Positions 1-11,234 of a stretch of DNA of 64,000 nt are shown one piece after another. Both the position numbers and the translations under genes were made by a program. This DNA is from an uncultured Clostridia bacterium (GTDB lineage: Bacteria; Bacillota; Clostridia; TANB77; CAG-508). How positions within the stretch are numbered: position 1 is the stretch's first letter; each line of letters starts with the position of its first letter. The stretch spans positions 22,811 through 86,810 of the forward strand of contig CALWZW010000001.1 in NCBI GenBank assembly GCA_944386135.1, in the 5' to 3' direction. Under the pieces are notes generated by a model. That model saw only the letters and a program-made list of their open reading frames with translations. It did not search any database and was not told the origin of the DNA.

Positions 1-344
1 TTGTCATCTAATTTTATTGGCAAGCACATATTTTCTTCTACGTTTAATACTGGTATTAAGTTATAAAATTGATATATTAATGCTACATCTCTTCTTCTGA
101 ATTCTGCTTGTTTTGGTTCACTTAATTCATATATATTTGTTCCATTTATTATTATATTTCCTGATGTAGGTTTGTCCACTCCTCCAATCATATGTAATAG
201 TGTTGATTTTCCTGAGCCACTTGCTCCTACTATTGCGACAAACTCTCCTTTTTCTACTTCAAATGATATATTATCCACTGCTATTGTTTTTGTTTCATTT
301 TCCCCATATATTTTACTTAAATTTTTTACTTCTAGAACACTCAT
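1..344 (-). CDS. ABC transporter ATP-binding protein, N-terminal part; gene continues past the left edge of the window
   Basis: Minus-strand translation from ATG at 344: MSVLEVKNLSKIYGENETKTIAVDNISFEVEKGEFVAIVGASGSGKSTLL... (Walker A). RBS-like aaaggaa upstream. The 172..363 plus ORF is its shadow. Confidence 0.8.
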   Translation of the reverse strand, partial: MSVLEVKNLSKIYGENETKTIAVDNISFEVEKGEFVAIVGASGSGKSTLLHMIGGVDKPTSGNIIINGTNIYELSEPKQAEFRRRDVALIYQFYNLIPVLNVEENMCLPIKLDD

Positions 345-504
345 GTTTTTATTCCTTTCTTAAATTTCTTTTTTAGAAAATTTTATCTTGTTTTCTATAT
401 ATCATTATTGATATTCTTTGTCAACGAATAAAAAGCATCTTTTCTTAATTTTTTCTAAAAAAAACAATATAGAAATTTAGAATTTTTTGATAAATGTGTC
501 TTTT

Positions 505-807
505 TTAATCATTATATAAGCACTGTACCATAAATTTTACTCCATCCTGTACTCCTATATTATAATGTTGTTCTTGATAAATTGACATTTCTTCTAGCCA
601 AATATTTCTAATTTCTCCAATGTATCCTTTTATAGTTTCCTCTTCTTTTATTTGTTCTGTCAGAATTTTTATAAATTCTTGGCACTTTTTTTCTTTGATT
701 TCATTCACTGTTTTTAATTTTTCTTTAAATTTAGGTGTAATAATTCCTCCTTCATTGTTTCTAAATTCATACATAACTCGTAAAAAATCCTCTTCAAAAG
801 TTAACAT
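505..807 (-). CDS. hypothetical protein (100 aa)
   Basis: Intact ORF, no recognisable motif. Confidence 0.35.
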   Translation of the reverse strand: MLTFEEDFLRVMYEFRNNEGGIITPKFKEKLKTVNEIKEKKCQEFIKILTEQIKEEETIKGYIGEIRNIWLEEMSIYQEQHYNIGVQDGVKFMVQCLYND

Positions 808-915
808 ATAAAATCTCCTCCTAACTTGTCTGTGATGTTAACTCTCATCAGAATAGTTGTCAAGTCTTTTTTACGTTTTTTTCTTTATCTTCATTCATTA
901 CTAGTAATTCTATAA

Positions 916-1170
916 TTATATTAATTTATATATAATATTACTATATTTATCTTGTAATATACTAATATCATTATTTTTTGTGCTATGACTTATAATAAAT
1001 TCTTCTACATTCAAAGCTACTTTTTTTCTTTCTTCCTTATCATAATTTCTATCTTCTATATTTATTCCTATATCCTTTAATAATTCTGTTTCTTTTACTG
1101 AAAGTTCTTTTAATAAATTCATTTCACTATCTCCTTTTTTTATTTTTTCTAATCCATTATAACACAACAA
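916..1170 (-). CDS. small hypothetical protein; probable start at internal MNLLKELSV
   Basis: ORF only. Confidence 0.3.
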   Translation of the reverse strand: MLCYNGLEKIKKGDSEMNLLKELSVKETELLKDIGINIEDRNYDKEERKKVALNVEEFIISHSTKNNDISILQDKYSNIIYKLI

Positions 1171-1375
1171 AATAATTTTTAAATATATTTTTCCATAAAC
1201 CCTGAAATTTTTGAGAGAGCAAAATGGTGTAGTATCCCCTTATATTCAAAAAATAATACACCATAGATTTAATTCTCAAACCCCTCATTTCGTCGTTTCG
1301 CTCATGGTGGTCTAATATGTAGATTTTATCTACTACTGATGCTGACTTTATGTCGTTTTGCATACTTGCCCACAC
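1157..1375 (-). CDS. small hypothetical protein (72 aa)
   Basis: ORF only; overlaps previous ORF. Confidence 0.2.
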   Translation of the reverse strand: MWASMQNDIKSASVVDKIYILDHHERNDEMRGLRIKSMVYYFLNIRGYYTILLSQKFQGLWKNIFKNYFVVL

Positions 1376-1799
1376 TTTTTACATCAGTATATCCTCCTAT
1401 ACAAGCTTTGCCTCCAAAAACTCTTTGTTTATTGTGAGTATATGTTACAAAATCTCACTCACGCATTTTGTGTAAATAGACCATTTACACGTATACGAAT
1501 GAACTTTTTCTGCATCGGCTCATAACACCTATCTCTTTGTTATTTTACAACGAGTGTACGGCATCTCTCGTTATATTCATAAAAAGCAATAGACATATAT
1601 AAGTATTTAAGCTTATATATGTCTATTATTTTTTTATTTTGATAAATTAATTTATCTATATTCTGTTTTTCGACTTTTTTGGTTATTATTGATTACTTTT
1701 AACTTTTCTTTTTTTATATAAATTTTCTTATATCCTGCATTCCCCTGTCTTATTATTTTTCCTGTTATTATCATATGTAACCTCCAAAATAATTTTAGA

Positions 1800-1820
1800 G
1801 AGGGTTTCCCCTCTCTATTT
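1800..1820 (-). terminator. hairpin immediately after the adhesin stop codon
   Basis: agagaggg-tttc-ccctctct, perfect 8-bp stem; T-run weak. Confidence 0.35.
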
Positions 1821-4800
1821 CTAACATCCTGTTCTTGGCAATTTTTTTATTTCTTTTAACTTTATTTCTTTTTTATAGACTGTTGTAGTATGTTCATCTT
1901 CATCCCAAACAAGATATTGTTCATGTTCTCCTTCTATTCTTGTTTTATTAGTAAAGCTTTCATCAGCTTCCACTATGCTATTTACTTTAACAAATATGTA
2001 TGGATCTATAACTGATTCAAAACCAGTATCCACTGTTCCAAAATCAACTTTAAATTCTGTAATAATTTCCCCAGCTTCTAATTCTATATTAGAGAAATCA
2101 ATATAATTATTTACTTGCGTATTTAAATTTTCCGCTAATATTCTATAATCATTTAAATTAGTTTTATAATAAATATTGTAATTTAAGTTTTGATTATATG
2201 TTCCTGTTATTAATTTAGTAATTTTAGTATCATCATATGGTAAATAATCATACCATGTAAAGTTATCTAGCTCTACATTTCCAGTATTTTTGATATTAAA
2301 GTCATAGCGAATCTCTTCATTTGCTGTTGTTTGGATTATTCCTGTCTTTTCTATATCCACATTTGGTTTATCTGATTCATTAGTAATTTGTACATTTATT
2401 ACTTCTAAATTGTTATTTATTTCTGCTGTATATTCTTCTGTATTTAATTTATAGAATTTGCCTTGTTTTACTTCTTTTATTGTATATATTCCCTTTACAA
2501 GTTTATCAGTAGTTGCGATTCCTTCTTTGTTTGTAATAATTTTATCTACTATATTTCCATTTGAATCATAAATCTCGAATTCAACATTTTCAATCGGTGT
2601 TCCGGCTTTTTCTCCTGTTATTGGGTTATCATCTGCACTTACTTTTACAATCTGAATATATCCTTTAATTTTCTCATTTTCGAAAACTAAATTTGTGATT
2701 TGGTCTTCTGCTAGAGTTACCATTTTTATTTCTTCTGATAACACATACATTTCTTGGGTTGTTTTTTCACGAACATAATACTTTGTATCAATACAAGGTA
2801 GCATTGAAGATACCGCTTCTCCATTTGCATCTGTTATTATTTCTTCTATTACGTTCATCTTTTCATCAAGTATTTCAAATGTTACACCTTCTATTTTTAC
2901 TTCGTTTTTGTCAGCATCTACTTTTATAACTTTTATTTGTCCTTTTTTCTTTTCATTTTCTACTGTAATGTTTGTTATCTCATCTGGTTTTAGTATAATA
3001 TTGGTTATTGTTTCTCCATTTAGCTTATATTTATTATTCGATTTGACTTCTCTTATTGAATAAGAATGTGTTACTTTTAAATTATCCATAACTGCAATAC
3101 CATTTTCATTTGTCGCAACTATTCTTATTACTTCGTTTGTTGTCTCATCTATTACTTCAAATTCGGTATCTGGTATAAATATATTATTATCTTCTGAATC
3201 TTTTTTGATTATTTGAAGTTGAGCTGTTTTAGCTTCATTTTCAAAGACTATATCTGTTATTTCATTTGCTTTTAACTCTATCTCTATTATTTCATCTGAT
3301 AATTGATATAAATCATTGTTTTTACTTTCACGTAAATAGTAAATTTCATCTACTACTGGAAGTTCTGAGCTTATCGCCTCACCAGTCTCATCTGTAGTTA
3401 AGACTTCAATAATATTCATATCTTTATCTAAGATTTCAAACTCTACTCCAGGAATTAATACTTTATTATCTTCAGCATCTACTTTTATAACTCTTATTTG
3501 TCCTTTAATTTTCTCGTTTTCTATTTGTATGGTAGTTGCTTTATCTGCTTCAATTTTGATATTAGTTACGATATTTTCTTCTAGTTCATATTTATAATCT
3601 GTTTCTATCTCTTTGATAGAAAATGTATGATCTATTCTTAAATTATCTATAACTGCAATACCATTTTCATTTGTTGTAATAACTCCTATTACTTCATTTG
3701 TTGTCTCATCTATCACTTCAAATTTAGCATTTGGAATGTATATCTCGTTATCATCTTTGTCTACTTTTACTATTTGTAGGCTACCTCTCTTTATATCATT
3801 TTCAATAGTCAATTCATATTCAATGTCTGTTTCTATTTCTTTGATATCTTCTTCTGTCATATTTTCAGTGAAATTAACTTTGAACATTTCATTTTTTAGT
3901 ATATAAGAGTCGTTTGTTGCAACTTCTACTATAAAATATGTCTTATCTATTGGTAATAACGATGATTGAGCAAAACCGTTTTCATCTGTAATAATACTTT
4001 CTATGAAGTTTGCATCTTCATCAAATATGTAGAAAGTAACTCTCTCGACTTTTATATTATCATGCTCACTATCTTGTTTATTTATTGTTATAAATCCTCT
4101 TTTTGCTTGATTTTCTATTGTAATTTCAGTTGTTTCATTATGTTTTATTTCAAAAAATGCGTCATCTAGGTTTAATTTATAATATATACCGTGTTTCTAC
4201 TTCTTTTAAATACCACTCACCTGTCCATAAATTCTCTATATATATTTCTCCATTTTCATCGGTTGTATATGTTCCTATTAATTGTTCTTCTTTGTATGGA
4301 CTATCAACTTTGTTTGCATAAAGTTCAAATTTTATATTTTCAAGTGGGATAGTATTATCATCTGCATCTACTTTATGAACGAGTAATTTACCTTTTTTGT
4401 GCTCATTTGTAAGTTTTAATGTATAGATTGTATCTGTTTGTATATCATTAATTTCATCTTTCGTTAAATTTTCTGTAAAGTCAATTGTATAAGTATTTTC
4501 ATCTAATATATAATTTTCTAACGTATTTGTTTCTATTAGATAATATTTTTTATCTATTCTTAGTCTTGAACTTTCCGCAATGCCCTCTTCATTAGTTTTT
4601 ATAGTTTCGATAAAATTATTATCTTCATCATATATGTCAAATGTTATTCCTTCTAATGCATATTCTTGGAAATCTTTATCTGTTTTTATTACTTTTATAA
4701 TTCCTTTTTTCTTTTCATTTTCAATTGTTACTTTTGTATCTCCATATTGTTCATACCATTTTACTTCTATTTTAGTATCATCTGCTAAATAATACCATCT

Positions 4801-7230
4801 ATTTGTTGCTGTCTCTTTTAGCATATAATTGCCTGTGTTAAGTCCTTCTATATAAATTTCTCCATTTGCGTCAGTATAATATGTATCTATATATACTTTT
4901 ATTTCTCCATTTCCTACAAGATATAATTCAAATTCAACATTTCCAAGCTGTATTGTTTTATCATCCGCTGTTATCTTTTCTATGTATAAATTACCCTTTT
5001 TATGTTCATTTCCGAACTCTTAGAGTATATGTATAACCGTCAACTATTCCTTCTTCTATTAGGTTTACTGTAAATTCTTTTTCGTTAGTTATATATTCTT
5101 CTCTTGTTTTTAATTCTTTTACAACGTATTGTTCTTCTATTAAATCTAATTCTCCTGATTTGGCATAGCCATTTTCGTCGGTTATTATTTCTTGTAGCTT
5201 ATTTCCTTCTTTATCAAATATACCAAATGTTACTCCAGAAACTCCTAGTTCTGTTTTTTCTATGTCGTATTTGTATATTTCTATATATCCTGTTTTTCTC
5301 TCATTGCTTATAGTTGTTGTAGAATCTCCGATATTTATCTGCCCATTTTACTTCCACTGTCTTCTCATTTGTATTTACTCTATAAAACTCATTTGTAGAC
5401 TTTTCGACAATTTTATATGTACCAATATTTATATTGTTTAATCTTGCTATTCCTTGATTATTTGTCTTTATCGTTGCAATAAGATTATTTTTTGAATCAT
5501 ATATATCAAATACTGTATTTGACAACTTTATCGAATTATCTTTTGCGTCTACTTTATATATCACTAAATTTCCCTTCTTGTGCTCATTTCCGAACTCTTA
5601 AAGTGTATGTATAGCCATCAACTATTCCTTCTTCTGTCAAATTTACTTTCCAGGTATTTTCATTTAATAGATAATCTTCTTGAGTTGATATTTCTTTTAC
5701 TATATATTCCTTATCTAATGCAAGTTTAGAACTTTTGGCATATCCTTGAGAATTCGTTGTTAATGTTTCTATTAATTTATTATTTGAATCATATATTCCA
5801 AATTTTACATTTGATAGTTTTACAGATGTATCTTCCATATCATATTTGTATATTTCTATATATCCTGTTTTTTTGCTATTTGTTATTGTAACTTCTGTGT
5901 CTCCATATTCTTTTGCATATTTGACTGTTGCTGTAGTAGTTTCTACATCTATATTATAATAATCATTAGTCGATTTTTCGACAATTTTATATGTACCAAT
6001 TTTTATACTATTTAATCTTGCTATTCCTTGATTATCAGTTTTTATCGTATCAATAAAATTATTTTTTGAATCATATATATCAAATACTGTATTTGGTATT
6101 ACTATCGATTTATCATCTGCATCTACTTTATATATTACTAAATTTCCTTTTTTATATTCATTTGTCAATTCTATATATTTATCTTCACTAGTTATTGTTA
6201 CCTTAGTTTCTTTCGTATCTAACATATAATTATTATTTGCTTTTGTTTCTACTAAAATATAATTACCTATATTTATATCTTCAAATTTTGCAATTCCTTT
6301 TGAATTTGTTGTTGCTGTTGCTATTATATCTCCATTACCGTTTTTTAAAGCAAATGTAGTATTTGCTATATCAGCATTTGTCTCAGAATCTATTTTATGA
6401 ACTGTTAAATTTCCTGTACTAAGCCATTTTACCGATAAATTTGTTGTTGTACTTGGATCTTCTATGACCATTAATTTTCCTGCTAAATCTTGTTGTGATG
6501 AGTCAGTTGTTCTATATACTATTGGTTGATATTCATATTTACAATTTTCTATGTTTTCAGATGTCCATGTTCCATTTACCGTTAAAGGTGCTTTTAAATA
6601 AAAAGTATCTCCACCGTATATATTTACTTTTCCTGTACTTTCTGTTCCTCGTGTTTCATTTACAAGAGTCACTCCATTTTGTAAATTTAAAGTCAAATAA
6701 TATTCTGAACTTCCTGTAACAGTTGTACTTTCTGTTCTTTGTGTTTCATTTTCTAAATATGCTGTTAAGTTTTTATCTGAAAAATCAAGTACAATCTCTG
6801 GCATATCAACCGAATTTATATAATCTATAAAATCTTGTGCTACCCTATGAGTTTCTCCGATTATTAAAATAATCCAATGCAAGTGATGTTACTACAATTC
6901 CCATACTTTCACTCGTAAATCCACTCCATTGCTTATCTCCACCCCAGCCATAGTAAAGACATTTTGCAATATTTTCATTATTATAAATTTCTTGTGCAAC
7001 TGTTGTTCCGAGTTGGTGGAGTATCTTTATCATGGTCTATACAAAAAGCTCTGCTTCCGATTTACTGTAAAACTTCCGTACTGTAGAGCCTCCATAGGTT
7101 ACTTTACCGATTATATGTAACTGTATATGTTGTTGCTAATATTGTTAAATCACAAGCAACAGGAAGAATTGTTGATAATAATATTATTAACGCTAGCATT
7201 AAATTAGTCATTTTTATTATTTTTTTCATA
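1821..7230 (-). CDS. giant LPXTG-anchored surface adhesin (~1,800 aa): signal peptide, possible thioester-like N-domain, many Cna-B/isopeptide-type repeats. Spans nine in-frame CGG +1 sites.
   Basis: Start ATG 7230 with RBS aggagg. N-terminus MKKIIKMTNLMLALIILLST... Repeats KGxIxVxKVDAxDNxxxLxGxxFExxDxxxNxIxxLTTDENGxAxSxxL. C-terminus ...KKLPRTGC-stop. ORF-table fragments 1821..3887, 4177..4824, 5301..5564, 5584..6882 and 6845..7033 join when the C of each in-frame CGG is skipped. Confidence 0.8.
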
Positions 7231-7312
7231 TTCTTAAACCTCCTATTTCTCATTAAAAAATATCTCTAAGCTTTTCTTATTGCTTAGAGATATTTATATA
7301 TTTTATTATGTT

Positions 7313-7789
7313 TTAATAATCTAACCAGTCTTCTGGCATTTCTACCCAATTAGAATATGTTCCATATCCTCCATTTTCTATGTCAAATTTACCAGAATTT
7401 TCTGTTGTAATAGTAGTATGTTTATCATCATTACTATTAGTATTGCTATTATTACTATTTTTTTCTGCTTTAGTATTTTCTGTTTTTTGGTTTTTTTCAC
7501 TTGTATCTGATTTTTTATTATTTTCTATGGTGCTTTTCTTTTCTTCATTATTATTTTTGGTTTCTTTTTCTTCTTGTGTATTAGATGTTATTTCTATATT
7601 TTGAGTTTCTTCTAATATATTCTCTTTAAGTATATTTTCTTCTGTCTGTACATTATTTTTTTCTTGTACTTCATTTATTAAATTCAACTCATTTCCATTA
7701 TGTACATTATAATCGTATAATTTTATTCCTACACTTGGTATTAATATAATGATTAAGAGTAAAATCACTATGACTATGATTTTTTTCAT
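7313..7789 (-). CDS. secreted or membrane-anchored low-complexity (N/K/E/T-rich) protein
   Basis: N-terminal TM/signal KKIIVIVILLLIIILIP; compositionally biased. Confidence 0.45.
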   Translation of the reverse strand: MKKIIVIVILLLIIILIPSVGIKLYDYNVHNGNELNLINEVQEKNNVQTEENILKENILEETQNIEITSNTQEEKETKNNNEEKKSTIENNKKSDTSEKNQKTENTKAEKNSNNSNTNSNDDKHTTITTENSGKFDIENGGYGTYSNWVEMPEDWLDY

Positions 7790-7837
7790 TAAACCACATC
7801 CTCTTTTTGCTTTTATTATAACTTTATTTTTAGTTTT

Positions 7838-8395
7838 TTACAAGTTATTTATTTCTGTGGCTTGTACACATAGTCTTTGTACTCTTTTATTTGTTATGCA
7901 AGTTATTAATGTTATTTTATTTTCCTGTGTATCTTCTAATAATGACCAATCAGTTTCGAGTATTGTTTGTATATTATCAACTATATAATTTCTAGTATAA
8001 AATTTAGTTTGATATGTAATAATATCTCCATTTTCTAACTCATTGATTCTTGCAAAATAGGAATATTGGTTTCCTCGATTATGTGCTGCTAAACCTATAT
8101 TTCCATCATATATAGCTGTGCCTTCTATATGTCCTATGTATCTTTTTAAAGTAGCATTATCAGAACCTTCCTTTACTGTTGCTTTTAATCCTATCTTTTC
8201 AATTGTTAGTATTCCTAAAGTATCTTCGCCAATTTCTTCTGTTTCATCATAACTAATATTTTCAAATTCTTTGTCTGTTACAATATCATTTGGATTTACT
8301 AGATTGATATCATATAAATTAAATAAATATATACTATAACTTATTATTGAAATAAATATAATGCAAATACTTATTATAATAATTTTTTTCTTCAT
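7838..8395 (-). CDS. sortase family transpeptidase
   Basis: N-terminal TM; conserved His region (GHIEGT...LAAHNRG); catalytic TLITC motif; downstream Arg. Adjacent to the LPXTG protein. Confidence 0.75.
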   Translation of the reverse strand: MKKKIIIISICIIFISIISYSIYLFNLYDINLVNPNDIVTDKEFENISYDETEEIGEDTLGILTIEKIGLKATVKEGSDNATLKRYIGHIEGTAIYDGNIGLAAHNRGNQYSYFARINELENGDIITYQTKFYTRNYIVDNIQTILETDWSLLEDTQENKITLITCITNKRVQRLCVQATEINNL

Positions 8396-8409
8396 TAAAG
8401 CCTCCTATT

Positions 8410-9240
8410 TTATGCTATTTTATTTTTCTTTTTTCTTCTCCAAAGAAGTATTCCACTTACAACTATTATTCCTGTTCCTGCTGTTGTCATTATTGCTGGG
8501 ATATTTTTTGTTTTTTCTTCCTCTTGTGATTCCTGTGGCACTTCTTTATATTTAATTTGAAATGTTATTGAATTTATTTCTTCTTTTTCTAATGTTCCTT
8601 TATATGTAACAGTTGCCAAATAACTTTTTACAACTGTTCTTTCTTTTATTCCTTCATATTGCATTTCTCCATTATAAGAAGTTGGAACATCTTGTCCGTC
8701 TACTTTTTCCACTCGAGAAACTGTCCAAATAGGGTTAATTAAATAATAGGTAGTTCCATTTTCTTCAATAATTTTAGGTACATCATTTAATTCATTGCTT
8801 GGAACATTCTCATAATTCTTTGTTAATGACACTTTATATTGTTCTATATAACTATCATTTACCTTTATATTTAATGAATTATTTTGTATTTCTAACATTC
8901 CTGACATTTTATCTCCTGTTATATTAATTTTATCTTCAAACATATTTAAAATATCATACTTGTTTTTTGTATATACTACTTTTTGTTTTATCTGTTCTTT
9001 TTCTTTTGATATAATGTTTTTGTTTTCTTTTTCTGATATATCTTGTAATTCATATTTCACACTATCGATTATAATTTCATCTTTGATATTTTCTCTGTAT
9101 TGTTCTGCATCTTCTATTGATACTGTTTTATTTATTTCATGCACTTTTAACTCATCTGTCGATGCAAAACAATTTGTAGAAAAAATAATAATAAATAATA
9201 ACATACATATCCCTATAACATTAGTCTTATTCAAATTCAT
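8410..9240 (-). CDS. surface protein with signal peptide and C-terminal TM plus basic tail (possible non-canonical sortase substrate)
   Basis: N-terminus MNLNKTNVIGICMLLFIIIFSTNCFAS; C-terminus ...IPAIMTTAGTGIIVVSGILLWRRKKKNKIA. Confidence 0.45.
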   Translation of the reverse strand: MNLNKTNVIGICMLLFIIIFSTNCFASTDELKVHEINKTVSIEDAEQYRENIKDEIIIDSVKYELQDISEKENKNIISKEKEQIKQKVVYTKNKYDILNMFEDKINITGDKMSGMLEIQNNSLNIKVNDSYIEQYKVSLTKNYENVPSNELNDVPKIIEENGTTYYLINPIWTVSRVEKVDGQDVPTSYNGEMQYEGIKERTVVKSYLATVTYKGTLEKEEINSITFQIKYKEVPQESQEEEKTKNIPAIMTTAGTGIIVVSGILLWRRKKKNKIA

Positions 9241-9272
9241 TCACCTCCTTCTCTTTGTTTTTTAGCTTATCT

Positions 9273-9710
9273 TTATTCAAACTCTACTATTTCTTCCTTT
9301 TTATTTTTTTGCTCATGTAATAAATATTCTAATGAAATTTCATTTTTTATTATCTTATTAATGTTCATGGCAGTTTCAAGTTCATTTCTCTTACTTTCAT
9401 TTTTATAGTTAATCAGTTTGCCATTTTTTAATTCCATTAAAATATATCCACTCGGAGCTTTTTTTATTTCAAAGTTTATTCCTACTAAATCATACCCATT
9501 TTTCATACCAGCTAAATTAAGTCTATATTTAGACCAACCAAATATTACACATTTCACTCCGTTTACTATTTTTTCTTTATATATTTCTGCTGTATAGCCT
9601 CGTTTATTAAATACATAACATTTTTCTAAATCATTTGGTGCATATTGCCTAGCAATATCTACAACTCTATGAAAATCTTTCTTTTCTAAACACAATATTG
9701 TAACAAACAT
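9273..9710 (-). CDS. hypothetical protein with C-terminal acidic EFE tail
   Basis: Ends ...KKEEIVEFE. Confidence 0.4.
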   Translation of the reverse strand: MFVTILCLEKKDFHRVVDIARQYAPNDLEKCYVFNKRGYTAEIYKEKIVNGVKCVIFGWSKYRLNLAGMKNGYDLVGINFEIKKAPSGYILMELKNGKLINYKNESKRNELETAMNINKIIKNEISLEYLLHEQKNKKEEIVEFE

Positions 9711-9735
9711 TTTTTCTCCTTTCTCAATTTAATCT

Positions 9736-10428
9736 TTAATGCAATAATTGAAATATCATATTTCTTAAAGGTTCATTAAATAAAATTGTAAGACCTAGAG
9801 AAGTTAATCCAAATATAATAATTGCTCCTATCAACTCAACCAATTTTGTTATAGAACGTATTAAGAGAGTAAAAAAATAAACACTAGTATTTACTGGTGT
9901 TTCTTGTTTATTCTCTATTTTTGTTGTTTTTCTTGGATGTTTATGCTTTATTTTTGTAATTATTTCTTTAAATCTATTAGTTTTTTTAGCCTTAACTACG
10001 TCTACTTTTTTAAATCTTTTAGCCTCTTTCTTGCTAATCCCTTCCTCTGATAAACCTCTCTCTAATGCTTCTCTTATTTTCTCTACTTCATTTGCATTAA
10101 TTATATTATATATGCCTTTTTCATATAAAGAAGTTAAGAGCACGTTTTGATTAGCATAACCAGTCGCAAGGATGATTATTCTTATATTAGGATATAATTC
10201 CTTAAAATACCAGATAGCATTAATCTGATTTTCTTCTGTTCCTTTTAAACATTTTAAATCAATGATTATACATTTAATTAATTTAAAATTTACTTTTGTT
10301 TCTTTTATATATTGTAAAAAGTCCACTTCATCTATCTGACTTAATATTGTAATTTGCAATTTTTTGCAAACTTCAATTATCAAATCTTTTGTAGAATTAC
10401 TTGCAATATAACATAGCATCTTTACCAC
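9736..10428 (-). CDS. hypothetical membrane-anchored protein
   Basis: C-terminal TM segment; no clear domain. Confidence 0.35.
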   Translation of the reverse strand: MVKMLCYIASNSTKDLIIEVCKKLQITILSQIDEVDFLQYIKETKVNFKLIKCIIIDLKCLKGTEENQINAIWYFKELYPNIRIIILATGYANQNVLLTSLYEKGIYNIINANEVEKIREALERGLSEEGISKKEAKRFKKVDVVKAKKTNRFKEIITKIKHKHPRKTTKIENKQETPVNTSVYFFTLLIRSITKLVELIGAIIIFGLTSLGLTILFNEPLRNMIFQLLH

Positions 10429-10431
10429 CTC

Positions 10432-10629
10432 CTAATCTAGTACCATTGCTTTATATGGTACATTGTATATTATATTGTTGGACTCCAAGTAATCAATATT
10501 ATTTTCTGTACTTTCTATTTGTTTTCCTAATTTCCAAAATACATTATTGCATATTACTATAATAATTAAAAACAATACAAGCACAAGATAGCAAATTAAT
10601 TCTTTATTCTTTTTTAATTTATCTTTCAT
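10432..10629 (-). CDS. small membrane protein
   Basis: 65 aa, single TM. Confidence 0.3.
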   Translation of the reverse strand: MKDKLKKNKELICYLVLVLFLIIIVICNNVFWKLGKQIESTENNIDYLESNNIIYNVPYKAMVLD

Positions 10630-11234
10630 TATTCTGTCTCCATTTCTTTTTCTGTAAATAAATATGGTGCAGGATCAATTGTATCTTCATTTGTCCCGCT
10701 TTTTTTTCTTATTTCAAAATGTAAGTGTTCTCCTGTTGAATTTCCTGTACTTCCTTGTATTCCTAGTATTTGTCCAACTACTATTTGCTGGTCTTTTATA
10801 ACTTGAAGTGAATTATCTCTCATATGAGCATAAAAAGTATAAAACGTATTTCCTTGCTCATCCGTATGTTTTATTTCGACACAATTTCCATAGCCATTTT
10901 GCCAGCCTGAATAAGTAACTTTGCCTTCTTTTACAGCTAGTACTTTACTTCCACTACTTCCACATAAATCAACCCCTCTATGAAAACTACTTACAATTTC
11001 ATTTCCTTCTCGTATTCCAAATTTACTTGTAACTGCTATAAAATTTTCTATTGGTATCGGAAATTTTCCTTTATATATTGTTTCTCCTATTTCTATAATT
11101 TCATTTTTATTACTGTTTTTGCTCTCTAAAATTGTACCCGCATTTAAAATTTGTGTTGCACATAAAATTAAAATGAATATGATTATTCCTATTATTAATG
11201 ACATTTTTTTAATCATATTTACTGTCCTTAACAA
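10629..11234 (-). CDS. M23 family peptidase (LytM domain), likely conjugation-associated peptidoglycan hydrolase
   Basis: HRGVDL...GYGNCVEIKH...GSTGNSTGEHLHFE motifs; N-terminal TM. Confidence 0.8.
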   Translation of the reverse strand: MLRTVNMIKKMSLIIGIIIFILILCATQILNAGTILESKNSNKNEIIEIGETIYKGKFPIPIENFIAVTSKFGIREGNEIVSSFHRGVDLCGSSGSKVLAVKEGKVTYSGWQNGYGNCVEIKHTDEQGNTFYTFYAHMRDNSLQVIKDQQIVVGQILGIQGSTGNSTGEHLHFEIRKKSGTNEDTIDPAPYLFTEKEMETE

